DNA from: Podarcis tiliguerta
Taxonomy: Eukaryota
Direction: 5' to 3' (one strand)
Assembly (NCBI GenBank): GCA_965153285.1
Contig: OZ229110.1
DNA length: 64,000 nt
How positions within the stretch are numbered: the stretch's first letter is position 1; each line of letters starts with the position of its first letter. Position numbers and translations under genes: made by a program. Positions 53,838-64,000 of the stretch are shown piece after piece. Under the pieces are notes generated by a model. It was given only the letters and a program-made list of their open reading frames with translations. It did no database searches and was not told the origin of the DNA.

Positions 53838-53904
53838 CATTGGGCCAGACGGCTTGATCAAAGTGAATGATTTTACCCAGAATCCGCGGGTCAGGTTGGA
53901 GTAG
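53838..53904 (+). CDS. ROPN1: Ropporin-1, last coding exon
   Basis: IGPDGLIKVNDFTQNPRVRLE-stop (TAG); acceptor tacacag|. The five exons sum to 639 nt = 212 aa + stop, the known ropporin length. Confidence 0.97.
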
Positions 53905-54016
53905 TTCTCAGTACATCATACACTGCTATGTTGATAGGAAGAAGACGAAACAGAGGACAGAATAAGAATTACAAATAGGCCAACCTCTCAGTCTCTTTTT
54001 TCCCTTTGTGTCCGTT

Positions 54017-54022
54017 AATAAA
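54017..54022 (+). terminator. ROPN1: Likely ROPN1 polyadenylation signal
   Basis: AATAAA ~110 nt after the stop codon; a second AATAAA at 54140-54145. Confidence 0.6.
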
Positions 54023-57000
54023 CAGTTTGGCAAAGCAACAAATAAGAAAGATGGAAACATAGATTGAGAAGGTGCCACTGGAGTAGAATACAGTCTACTG
54101 TTAAACTTTCTGGTGCTATGATATACACACGTCCACCCAAATAAATATCATAGACTACCAAATAGTATAAACCTATTATATTAAATATATATTGAGGTCC
54201 ACCCTTCTCCCCTCTTTTTGCATTTCAAAATATCCGGCACTGCCATGTGAAACTGGAGGGAATTTCAGATGCCTTCGTCTGCAGGGGAAAACTTCAGAAT
54301 TGTTTCCATTATTTCCCTGGGAACAAAAAGGAGGCCTTCAAGTTTGCTTTCCATTAGTGACTGTTGTGCATTTATTCAGGTATAGTGCACCCCTCATATT
54401 TCAAATGAACTAGTCTGGGGTTCACTTTCTGTGGTATGATTGATAAATTATAATTGATAAATGATACAAGCAGACAAAAGTGTGAGTGTTGAAAAAGTGA
54501 AATAAGGTACCCAAGTCTCAATACAGCTAACAGAGTGACTCTAGAGACACATTGTAATATTTGACTCTCTGGCTCTATAAGCAGATTTATAAAAGATGTT
54601 TAACACTGGTGTTTGTGAATGTTCGGAAGTGATAAATAACAACTTTTTGGAACAGTGAAGACCTGGAAATTTAGAGCTGCTTCCTTGAATACAAAACAAA
54701 TATGCACCACGGGGGGAAGTTTCAAAGTGCATGTACATTCATTCATTCATTCATTTAGCATATGTTACTTTAAAACATATATCATACAAAAAAGAGGCAC
54801 AATCCATTGTTTGCTACACCCTCTAGTAATTGCAGGGGAAATCTGTTTGCCTTTCTAATTACTGCTGGTGTGGGATATAGAAGATCCAGACACTTTATTT
54901 TCTTCAATTTCTTTTTTTAAAAAAACCAGAAAATGGGGAACGTGTGGTCCTCCAAATGTTGTTGGATTCCAGTTTCATCATCCCCAGCAGCCAGTGGAGC
55001 TAGAGGTCGGAGACTGTGGATGTTGCAGTCCAGCAACATATGGAGGGCCAGAGGGTTCCTACCTATGTAAAATGTAGACTTAATAAATGCTTCCTTAAGC
55101 ATTTTTATACATATTTACACCTTTTAAACACTTTTATAATGAGAGTATCATACCTCTTTTTTTTGGGGGGGGGGGGGGACTGATGAATTCCAACTCCCAG
55201 GCCTTCAACCCACTGTTACTGTGAGTTCAGCAAGCTACATCTCTGTAGCCCATAAAATCAGTAGGTGGTCAGCACTAATTGGAAGCCTCTTTCAAACTAG
55301 AAATTTCCCTAGAAAGTACTCATAGCTTGCACAATAAGGGTACCAAATTTTAAAGAATGCTTAAAAGACTCTTACAAAAAAGCACATGGCAGAAGTTCAT
55401 TCCACCCAGGACAGGGGTGGACTTTGGTCTTTCAAATTTCAGTGGTGCAAGGCCAAAATTTGTCACCCCTCTACCTCTTGCCTTCTGTTCTGCATGGGCA
55501 CTACATCATACAGTAGTTGTGACATCCTGTGGCACCCAGTGCTGCAGAAGTGCTCTAAATCCATATTTGCCCAGGAACCTGAGCACACAGATTGATAAGG
55601 CACCTAACTGGTAGCTGTAAGAAGGGCTTAGGTTGAATGTCTGGTAGCAAGATTGCTCTTTTAAAGCCCACTAAATGTAAACAACTGGAAGCAGTTTTAC
55701 TTTTAAGGAAACAAAAGACGACACCTACTGCAAAATAAGTTGCGGGAGATGGAAGGGAGCAGCCAAGGATGGTTTTAGACAACGGGTCAAAAATGCTTGA
55801 TATCAGAGCAGGTACTAGACCAGATGATCGCAACAGTGAACAGTCTCTCAATATGGTCAATGTGTGGTAGGGTTTTAGCCCTGATTGCATTTCGGTGCCA
55901 GAAAGACGGGAATCCCATTGCTCTGGAGTAGGGGTGGCAACTCTGTGGGCTGCATCAGGCCCACAAAGCTGCTTCCTGTGACTGGCCAGCCAGCCCTCTG
56001 CCAAAGGGTGCTGTTTATTTTCCTCTTGACCTCCACTAATCCTACAAAGGCATTTCTTCTCCCTCTTGGGCAGCGCTGTTCCTAGGTGTTAACTCTAAGG
56101 GAATAGTCCTTCCTCTTTGCTAAGCACTAATGCCACCTTAGAGGAACAAGAGACAACTTTGCAAGGTAATTGGAAAGCTTTCTTCCCCATTGCAGTGATG
56201 GGCTGGGGGCAGGGGGAGGTTCTGATAACTGAAGAGGAAGGACTATTCTTCCTCCCCATTGCCATGCTGGCCTAGGAGGAATGGAATGTCTCCCAGCCCA
56301 ATGTAGTGATGAGAAGTTGACAGAAGAGTGAACGTGCATTGGGGAAACTGTATGAACATGTGTATGTGTGTACATCTGCCTGCCTAACTACTTATCTGAA
56401 TGTGTGTTGGTGTTGTATGTGTGTTGAATGTTTGTGTGAATGTCTGTTGGTCATACCTACTTTGGCCATGCCCACTACTGCATCAGCCACTCGAGGGTTA
56501 ACCAACTTTTTTTTAATGTCTCCTGGGCCAAAAACTCCTACTCAGAAGCATTCAGCACAGAGGACAGGACACTTCCATTTCCACATCAGTGAAGTGTGGA
56601 TCCACGGTATGGGCCTTCAAGCACCACTATACTTATCTGTTAGCCCTGGCTCACTTGACAACTACAAACAGGCAAAATGGACATACATAGGAGCTGTAAG
56701 AGACTCTCAGCGCTCAAGACCCTTTGGTGTAGAAGGTGGCAAATGACTAGGGTAAAACCAGCCCTGCACAGCAGATGCTGCCACCACTTCTGTTAGTCCA
56801 CTCAACCTGAGCCCGGAGAATCCTGGGCTGTACACTGAACAGTGTGCAAGAGCTAGATAGGAAAGCAAGAGATAAACAACCAGAACACTGCCTCTTGAGC
56901 AACAAGCGCACATTATTCAGTAGCAGTTTGACCAAGCAGGATTCAGAGCTAAAGTTTAACCCCAAGAAAACACACAAGGTTCATAGAGGTCGAGTAATTC

Positions 57001-58139
57001 ATAATTATAAAAATAGCAGCATACAAATATGAACCCATTACCAGTTAAAATAAGAAAGGAAACTAATGTGTGAGAATACATTTGGAAATCAGAGTACAAG
57101 ACAAAAAGCAATAAAAGCTAGTTTGCCTGTCTCGAATACTTAAACGCTAGAGTGCTAACCCCACTGAAATCCAGCAAGCAGCACCTCAGTTCTTGAACTC
57201 TCTTTGGGAAGATATCACTGCCTCCCTCCCTCCCTTTAGTCAACAACTGAAAATGCATCATTTTCACCCAGGCATTTCAGGGGAAGTTGTAGGCATGTTA
57301 TGGCTTTGCTTTGTGTTGGCACCAGCTATTTGAATGTGGTAACAGAAATTGGAGACCAAGCACCACAAAGGTTTCAGATGGGTGGTGGTAAGAATCTACC
57401 TCTTAATTGTATGTTGTGGGTGGAGAGTATGAGTGGGTAGGAAGCATGAGAATGAAGTTTATGATTGTTGGGGGGTGCCCGAAAGTTGGGGGTGCAGAGC
57501 TGAGGCTCCCCCTGCGAAGGTGGAGAAGGATGCTGAGGAGCTGGACACAGAGTGTGTTTCTCAGCCTGAGGCGAGCAATAACATCAGTATCTCTCTGTAC
57601 CTCTTTGAGGCTCGGTAGGGGGCCAGGGAGTGGGTTGCCAGTCTGCTCCCACTGACACAATTGAAGTGTCTTCCCGGACCCGGGCTGATCCTAAGCTGGA
57701 GTTGGGTGCCTGGAAGCTTGTTTGTTGTTGCCTCTTTCCCCTCTGCAAGGTGGCACACCAAAGGGATAAATAATAATACCTTAATAATTTGTCTGACACC
57801 TTTAAGTTTACTTTCATATGCTGGCACTATTATTATTACCTTCATCCAAAGATCACAGGGCAGTTCACAACAAAATGATAAGACAAAATACATAATCAAA
57901 ACAAGAACAAATCAATAACTCCCACAAAAGTAGGTTGATGGTAAGTGGGTTTTTTAAATTAACAATATGTATATGCTGCCCAATAACAAAGCTGACTGCG
58001 TTGAATTGTTGGAAAAATAACCAGTACCTGTAGGCTGTCATAAGAAGCAGCATTGTATGTTGAAACAAATGCTGTGGCACCACAGAAGGTGATTTATTTT
58101 ATAAAAGAACCACAAGGCTGATTGGGTATCTTCTTAGGC

Positions 58140-58615
58140 CAGTGGTTTTTAACCAGTGTGCCGTGGCACCTTGAATGATGGTGGGAGTGCCACAGGCAAC
58201 ACTGGCCTCTGCCCCTTTTTCTTTCCCTCCCTTCTCTGATGCCTTCTTGCACCTCTGCCTCCCCACGGCTTGCACAGCTGTTTGTTGCAGCAGCCTTGGC
58301 TACAAGTTCCCCAGGCGAAGGGTGCCTCTGGGCTGGCCAGTGGGTGCTTCCCAGGCCCCTGTGGGCAGGGGACGCAGCTCGGGGACCAGGGGTGGCGGCA
58401 GCAGCAGCAGTTGCCCAGAGGACTCACAAGAAGAGGGGAGAAGAGGAGGCTGAGGGAAGACTCCACAAGGAAGGGTGTTCGAAAAAGAGTGAGAGGCTGC
58501 CAGCTCTGCAGGCAAAGGGTGACCCATAACTGGGCTCCTGAGCCCCACAGGAGTGCCCCAAAAAGAATGCAGCTGGTCAAGGGAGCCGTGGGCTCAAAAA
58601 GGTTGAAAACCTCTG
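58140..58615. mobile_element. hAT (Charlie-type) non-autonomous element
   Basis: TIRs CAGTGGTTTTTAACC / GGTTGAAAACCTCTG; 8-bp TSD tcttaggc/ccttaggc. Confidence 0.88.
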
Positions 58616-58619
58616 CCTT

Positions 58620-59340
58620 AGGCTAACACACTGACCGCAGGATGAGCTTCCGGAGCCAAACGCAAGGGCCCCTTCCCTTCCCCCAGCAGCAAAAAAAATT
58701 GGCCTGTGGGGATTTCCCACTCAGTTCAAAGGCTCTTACTCCCAGAGAAACGCGTGCAGGGCGCCTAGTAAACACCGGTCCCACCCTCCGCGGGTTAAGG
58801 GACAAACGGGCTAAGTAAGCCACGCCTCTCTCACGCTCCGCTTCCTCTATTGGTCCGAATTAGGAACGGCTCTAGCCAATAGAATAGAATAGACCGCCGG
58901 GCTCATATTTATTTCCCTCCTACCTCTTCCTTTCCCGCTCGGTCTGCCGCCGCCGCCGCCTCAATGAGAGCAAATAGGGGGCGGGGCTTGAGACAGGCTC
59001 TGCCCCGTGAGTAACCGTTGGGCCCGTCAGTCAGCTTGGAGGAAGAGGCAGCCTCTTGGCTGGAAGGAGATGGCGAGGCCGGGCTCCGTAAGGCACAAGG
59101 TAAATGCGGGTGGGAGAGGGGGAGCAAGCGCTCCCTCCCTTGCCATTAAGTTCGGGCTCTTCGCCCTGAGTTCCCCCTCGTAACCTCAGGGCTCTGCATT
59201 CCCCATAACCATGCATGATGCCTGTATGCTTACCGACTCAAGGCTGCAGTTCATGCACCTGATGATGGAAGTGGAGCGGGATCCGCGAACGCCTCTGTTA
59301 TTGATGCGTCTTATTTAGTTCTTAAGGTGCCGCGGGGCTC
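58620..59340 (+). promoter_or_regulatory. CCDC14: CpG-island promoter of CCDC14
   Basis: CpG-rich; ETS-like CCGCTTCC 58838-58845, inverted CCAAT pair (ATTGG 58849-58853, CCAAT 58876-58880), GC box GGGGCGGGGC 58978-58987, all just upstream of the ATG exon. Confidence 0.82.
59070..59099 (+). CDS. CCDC14: Coiled-coil domain-containing protein 14, coding exon 1
   Basis: MARPGSVRHK; strong Kozak GAGATGG; donor AAG|gtaaat; 10 codons, matching my recall of human MVRSGARPGQ; in-frame TGA upstream at 58989. Confidence 0.85.
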
Positions 59341-60065
59341 TGCTACTTTTACCAACAGAGTAAGTAACAAGCCCACCCTTCTAGAATTCGTAAAAGCAGA
59401 AGATCTTTAAGCTGATCCCTATTGCTCTTGCTCCTGGAGCACACACGCAAAATGTGATGGTGTGAAGTGTGATTGTTTCTGAAATACCAGATTGTACATA
59501 AATAGTATGAGTTTAACTACTTAAGCATAACCTCTCCTGGTTTGCAGTGGTTTTATTTATTTTTAATAATTATAGAACACATTACCAAATGGTTGTGGTT
59601 ATAAAGGTTCTTAGTTGGATGCCAGTGTTTTCCTTGTTGAAATGGCCAGTTAATAGTCATGCTTGTGCAGGGAATCTGAATTTCAAAATGTGAAGTATTC
59701 TGTTCTTGATGCTTGCAAATATGGTTTAGCTGATTGATTGGAATCAATTCACAAAGGCCTAGATGCTCCTAATGGTCATTTATTCTTAAAAAAGACTCTT
59801 AATTGGCTTACATACAAAGTATTGGTCAGACACGCTACACTACTGTATATCACTTTTCACTCTTGAAGTAGAATGAATTTTTTCTGTTATCAGTTCTATG
59901 CTCTCATAAGCATTTTTGAAATAAAACATCACTTGCATGCTGGGTTTCCTGTAGAAGATGTAGTGTCTCACTCTCTCTCTTTTGTAAACCTGAAGTGTGT
60001 GTTCTGTTACACTTATTCTGGAAAACTAATACCAAATATTGAGTGTTTGTTTGTGCAACCAACAG

Positions 60066-60121
60066 GTACTGTCATCAGGAAGGTTGACAGGATCAGCTAA
60101 ACTAGCAAGCAGAGGAAAACA
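60066..60121 (+). CDS. CCDC14: CCDC14 coding exon 2
   Basis: VLSSGRLTGSAKLASRGK(Q), compare human VLSSGRHTGPAKLTNGKK; aacag| and CA|gtaaga; 56 nt. Confidence 0.92.
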
Positions 60122-60165
60122 GTAAGAATATCCTCATATCTTCTATATTTGTTCAGGTTTGAGCA

Positions 60166-60520
60166 GTAAAGGGTAAAGGGACCCCTGACCATTAGGTCCA
60201 GTCATGGACGACTCTGGGGTTGCGGTGCTCATCTCGCTCTATAGGCAGAGGGAGCCGGCGTTTGTCCGCAGACAGCTTCCGGGTCATGTGGCCAGCATGA
60301 CTAAGCTGCTTCTGACGAACCAGAGCAGCGCACGGAAACGCCGTTTACCTTCCCACCAGACCGGTACCTATTTATCTACTTGCACTTTGATGTGCTTTTG
60401 AACTGCTAGGTTGGCAGGAGCAGGGACCGAGCAACGGGAGCTCACCCTGTCACGGGGATTCGAACCACTGACCTTCTGATCAGCAAGCCCTAGGCTCTGT
60501 GGTTTAACCCACAGCACCAC
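60166..60520 (-). mobile_element. Near full-length Sauria SINE in CCDC14 intron 2
   Basis: Reverse complement of the 36394-36761 element, lacking only the first ~10 nt; B box read as ggattcgaacc; (GGTAAA) tail. Confidence 0.93.
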
Positions 60521-60805
60521 ATGCTGTGCTTTTTGCTGGCAAAATGCCAGGTCCTGCAGACTGGCTGGTTGGAACCAATGCTTATCTTTAGAAATGAAGA
60601 GTATAGAATCGTCTTAAATTCCTTATCAAATATTACATATAATGCCTTCAAACTATGTCAAAAAAGCACCTTAAGTTGGTTTTAGAATTTCTGATACTGT
60701 GTTTTAGCATTTCTCCTTTCCTAGATATCAAAGTCCAAAATGTTTCCAACTGTTGTTTTGTATGTTTGCTAGAGAGAGAGTTAACACAGCATTTCTGTGT
60801 TTCAG

Positions 60806-60881
60806 GAATGCTTTAAGAAAAGTGGCATGTCCTGATGCTGATTTTGGCTACTCCCTGTATTCCACAGATTCTGAAGATCAG
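60806..60881 (+). CDS. CCDC14: CCDC14 coding exon 3
   Basis: NALRKVACPDADFGYSLYSTDSEDQ with the conserved GYS..S.DSE.Q motif; tttcag| and CAG|gtaatg; 76 nt. Confidence 0.93.
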
Positions 60882-61245
60882 GTAATGACAGACTATCATG
60901 CAAAATCTGAGCAAAGTTTTTTATTTGTGCATATTAAATATTGCTACGAAAAGCCACTAGCCCTGGTTACTGTCATCATGTTTCACATTTTCAATTAATC
61001 TGGAGAACAGGGTCTTGTCAGAAAGTTATGCGGAAGAGGGTAATCTTTTAAGCAGAAGTAAGGAACCTTTTCTGGATGGATGGCTGCCCATCTGTTAATC
61101 ACTTAATGCCATTGTGATGTCAGCTCATGTTGCGCTTTGAAGCCCCGATTGTTGGGATTTCAAAGTGTAGTACTATTTAAAATCCATTTTCCTGTTTGCA
61201 AAGGACTTTCAGACAGCTTGAGTCTCTGGTTTTGTAGGCTCAAAC

Positions 61246-61918
61246 TAGGCCTGGGCGATATATCAATATATTGCCCAGAACCAGTATGAAGAGCAGACCG
61301 TGATGTTGGTTTCATTAAGCGGTATATCACTGTTGAAACCGCCACCGCTCCTGAATCCCTGTGGTAGCAGCGTGCGCTGGAGGGAGTGAAATGTTTCTTC
61401 CTCCAGCGGGCACTGCTAGCAGAGGGACTCGGGAGTAGCAGCGATTTCACCAGCAATACATAGCTTAGTGAAACCACCATCCCACTGCCTTCATGCGATG
61501 CAGAGGGAGAAACAAGCTATATCGGCGAGGCGCTTATATAGCCTGTTCCTCCCTCTGAATCTTTAAACTGCTCACCTGAGGAGCATGTACCTGCCCTTGC
61601 CTCAGTCTAGCAATTAAAGGAGCCCCAATACTCCTGCTGCTCGCGTGTGAGCAGCAAAAGCACTGGGGATGACTCTGCTGGAGAGGGGAAATGTTCCCTC
61701 CCCCCAACTGAGCTGCCTGAACAAGCTGCATTGTGCCAGCCTGCAAGCCTTGGTGAAATCGCCTCAGCTCTGGAGGTGAGAGCTGGGGCAGTTTCACCCG
61801 GTGTCTCGCAGGCAGAGGCCAACGCATCTTGTTTTTCAACATCGCGGTAGATCGCCCAACTGTGGTGTTTGGCTGGCAATACACCACGATGTTGAAAACC
61901 TAATATTGCCCAGCCCTA
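61246..61918. mobile_element. hAT non-autonomous element in CCDC14 intron 3
   Basis: TIRs TAGGCCTGGGCGATAT / ATATTGCCCAGCCCTA; 8-bp TSD gctcaaac/gcttaaac. Confidence 0.88.
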
Positions 61919-62129
61919 GCTTAAACAGAAATGCTTGATCACTTGACTTGATCAATATTTAACTCATTTGCTACATAGGCCTGTGCCTTGCTGGGAACAA
62001 TCACATGCAGTCACTGCAGGATTTAACCCAGTTATGGCAGCTGACAGGCAGGTAGACATGATTGGAGGGAAAGGACCTCATAGGTCAAGATTAGCCTGCA
62101 GGCCCAAGGTTACCCACCCCTGCTGTTAA

Positions 62130-62290
62130 GATATGCAGGTCCCAAGCCAGCAAGGGTTGTAATGAGTATCTTGAATTGAGCCTGGAAACAAACCAGCAGC
62201 CAGGGCAAATCATACAATGCCTAGCGCTCATAGGCATCCTAGCAGCAGCATTCAGTACTGCTTGCAGTTTCCAACATACACTTTGGAACA
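62130..62290 (-). mobile_element. L2 LINE fragment
   Basis: WKLQAVLNAAARM... resembles the L2 ORF2 motif KLQLVQNAAAR. Confidence 0.6.
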
Positions 62291-62381
62291 TTTACTAGCT
62301 CACAGAATAAGGAAGGTTTAATAATGAGCCATTTTCTGTGAATGAAAACTGTTTGCATTCTCTTTCATATCCTTTCTACAG

Positions 62382-62454
62382 GTTGCAACCATTCATCATG
62401 GCCTGGATCGCTGTGCGTCTTTACTAAAGGACATTTTGCAAAATGAATCTGAAG
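62382..62454 (+). CDS. CCDC14: CCDC14 coding exon 4
   Basis: VATIHHGLDRCASLLKDILQNESE(G), compare human HGLDGCASLLRDILRNE; ctacag| and G|gtagta; 73 nt. Confidence 0.94.
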
Positions 62455-62543
62455 GTAGTATTCTTTTTAACTACTTGAATTCAGTTTTCATTCTGCGAGT
62501 AGCTTACTTTGTTGCTAAATGATATTATTTCAAATGATGCTAG

Positions 62544-62684
62544 GGATGCAGAACCTCTGTCAAAAGGCAGGAAAAGCAGCTTTTGTCAGAACAGCTTCAA
62601 GACCTTTACTCAGTAAAGTCAATGGTTCAAAGAAGAGGGGTCAAAAGAAAAAAAGTATTTCTGCAAATGTGCGTAAAGGAATGG
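62544..62684 (+). CDS. CCDC14: CCDC14 coding exon 5
   Basis: (G)MQNLCQKAGKAAFVRTASRPLLSKVNGSKKRGQKKKSISANVRKGM; SRPL..K..GSKK matches human; phase 1/1, donor G|gtaaga. The acceptor (gatgctag) has a weak pyrimidine tract, so the 5' boundary is less certain. Confidence 0.8.
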
Positions 62685-63232
62685 GTAAGATGTTTTTCTT
62701 CAACTTTATTTTCAAGTTAATTATTTTATTATATCCATTCAGTGTTTTGTTACAGAATATCTGTAAGAAAATGATAAAACACAATTTATACATTACTCTT
62801 AAAAAGATCTGATTTTTTTAAAATAGCCTTACTGTACCATAAATGTTCAGTAGATTTCACCTGCACTAGTAGATCAAATTTGCTTCATGGAGGTCTAAGT
62901 TTTTTGTTGTATTCATCAATAGGACTAAATTACGTGTTTCACTGTACAGTCTTTGGTCAAGTACAGGCCACCATGAGTCTGTGAACAATGCTCATGTGAC
63001 TGTACAAAGAATATTCTTGAACTATTAGAAAATAGTTAAGACTTTGAGGAATGCTTAAGAATATAACTTACATATTTTTACTTTTATCTTACATAATGTA
63101 ACATAAAACATAATCAAGACACGGCAATGCTTCAGGAGCAGAATTCCAAAACTCAAAAGGTTACTGCTACATCTTTGTTGTTTTAGAATATAACTTAACA
63201 GAGTTAAAGGTTATCCTTTTTGCTTTTCGTAG

Positions 63233-63475
63233 CGCCTATGCCAAATAAGCCAGCATCAGTGAATGCTGCAGTTGTTGAAAAAGAAACAACTCCTGTAAGC
63301 ACAGGGCAACCTGCTCCTCTTCAACCAATTCATATACCTTGCACTCAGCACTCTCCTGTGATGCATCAGAAACTATGTGAGCATGTGCAAACCCAGATGT
63401 CTCTGCTAAACACCCAACCGCTGCAAAAATCCAGTGGCATTCCTGAAGTTCCATGTTCCATCATTCCTGAACACA
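63233..63475 (+). CDS. CCDC14: CCDC14 coding exon 6
   Basis: Contains HSPVMHQKLCEHVQTQMSLLN...GIPEVPC (human LCEHVQTQMSLMN...GIPAVPC); ttttcgtag| and A|gtgagt; 243 nt. Confidence 0.92.
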
Positions 63476-63573
63476 GTGAGTGGGAATGGCATGATTTGAT
63501 CTGACAGACGTTGTGGGATGGATATATTTAATCTTAACATTGACAATTTTGTTCTTTATACCTCAATCGATAG

Positions 63574-63671
63574 CAACATATCAGCCTGTAACAGCATTCA
63601 ACTCCCGTTTGCCTACCTCTACACCAGCTCTGTCCCCACAATATGCAGCTAATCCTTCGTTTGTTCAGCCT
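63574..63671 (+). CDS. CCDC14: CCDC14 coding exon 7; gene continues off the right edge
   Basis: (T)TYQPVTAFNSRLPTSTPALSPQYAANPSFVQP with the conserved TSTP; gatag| and CCT|gtaagt; cumulative CDS 717 nt, phase 0. Confidence 0.85.
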
Positions 63672-64000
63672 GTAAGTACTCTCTTAAATTTTGGATTGCC
63701 ATGTTTTGTTCTGTGCATACTATTGATAGATTTCTACTGTTTTGCCTTCCTTAAAAGTTCCCTTAAAAGTCTAATGCAATTTAACAAGTGTTGGTGTAGA
63801 TGTAGATTACTAGTCATTCTTTTCATTTTATTTATTTCTGGTTGCCAAAGAGGAGGAACCATGAAATAATTTCAATTTCCCCTTGGGTATTTGACGACGT
63901 AAGAGGATGGAGGGGACAACAGGAATGTAAGACTCTATTTTAAGGTCAGCAGCTTGTGCCAAAGTCCAGCAGATCAGATTCAGGAAAACACTCTATTTTT

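Overview
Vertebrate genomic DNA, almost certainly a squamate and probably a lacertid lizard (two near full-length Sauria/POM-type SINEs, Squam3-like SINEs, a BovB remnant, L2/CR1 fragments and many hAT and Tc1-mariner MITEs). The window is the conserved KALRN - ROPN1 - CCDC14 locus. It holds (i) the first coding exon (exon 1B type, MNPAEGAAEEG...FFRT) and CpG-island promoter of KALRN on the - strand at ~6.2-7.5 kb, with intron 1 running off the left edge; (ii) ~36 kb of repeat-rich intergenic DNA; (iii) a complete ROPN1 CDS on the + strand (5 coding exons, 43481-53904, 639 nt = 212 aa + stop); (iv) the CpG-island promoter and first 7 coding exons (239 codons) of CCDC14 on the + strand, continuing past the right edge. 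Nearly all ORFs in the supplied track are chance or repeat-derived. No new protein-coding system is evident. The best leads are: a candidate distal KALRN first exon and promoter (AGGATGG|GTAAGT with CCAAT, X-box, TATA-like and CTCF-like motifs, ~26.9-27.3 kb); an in-frame Cys-rich uORF in the KALRN leader; an ENE-like U-rich-loop hairpin with a pseudoknot inside a DIRS/Ngaro-like remnant upstream of ROPN1; and decayed Penelope-type hammerhead ribozyme motifs. Gene and repeat-family names come from my recall of homologues, not from database searches. Repeat boundaries without a stated TSD are approximate.
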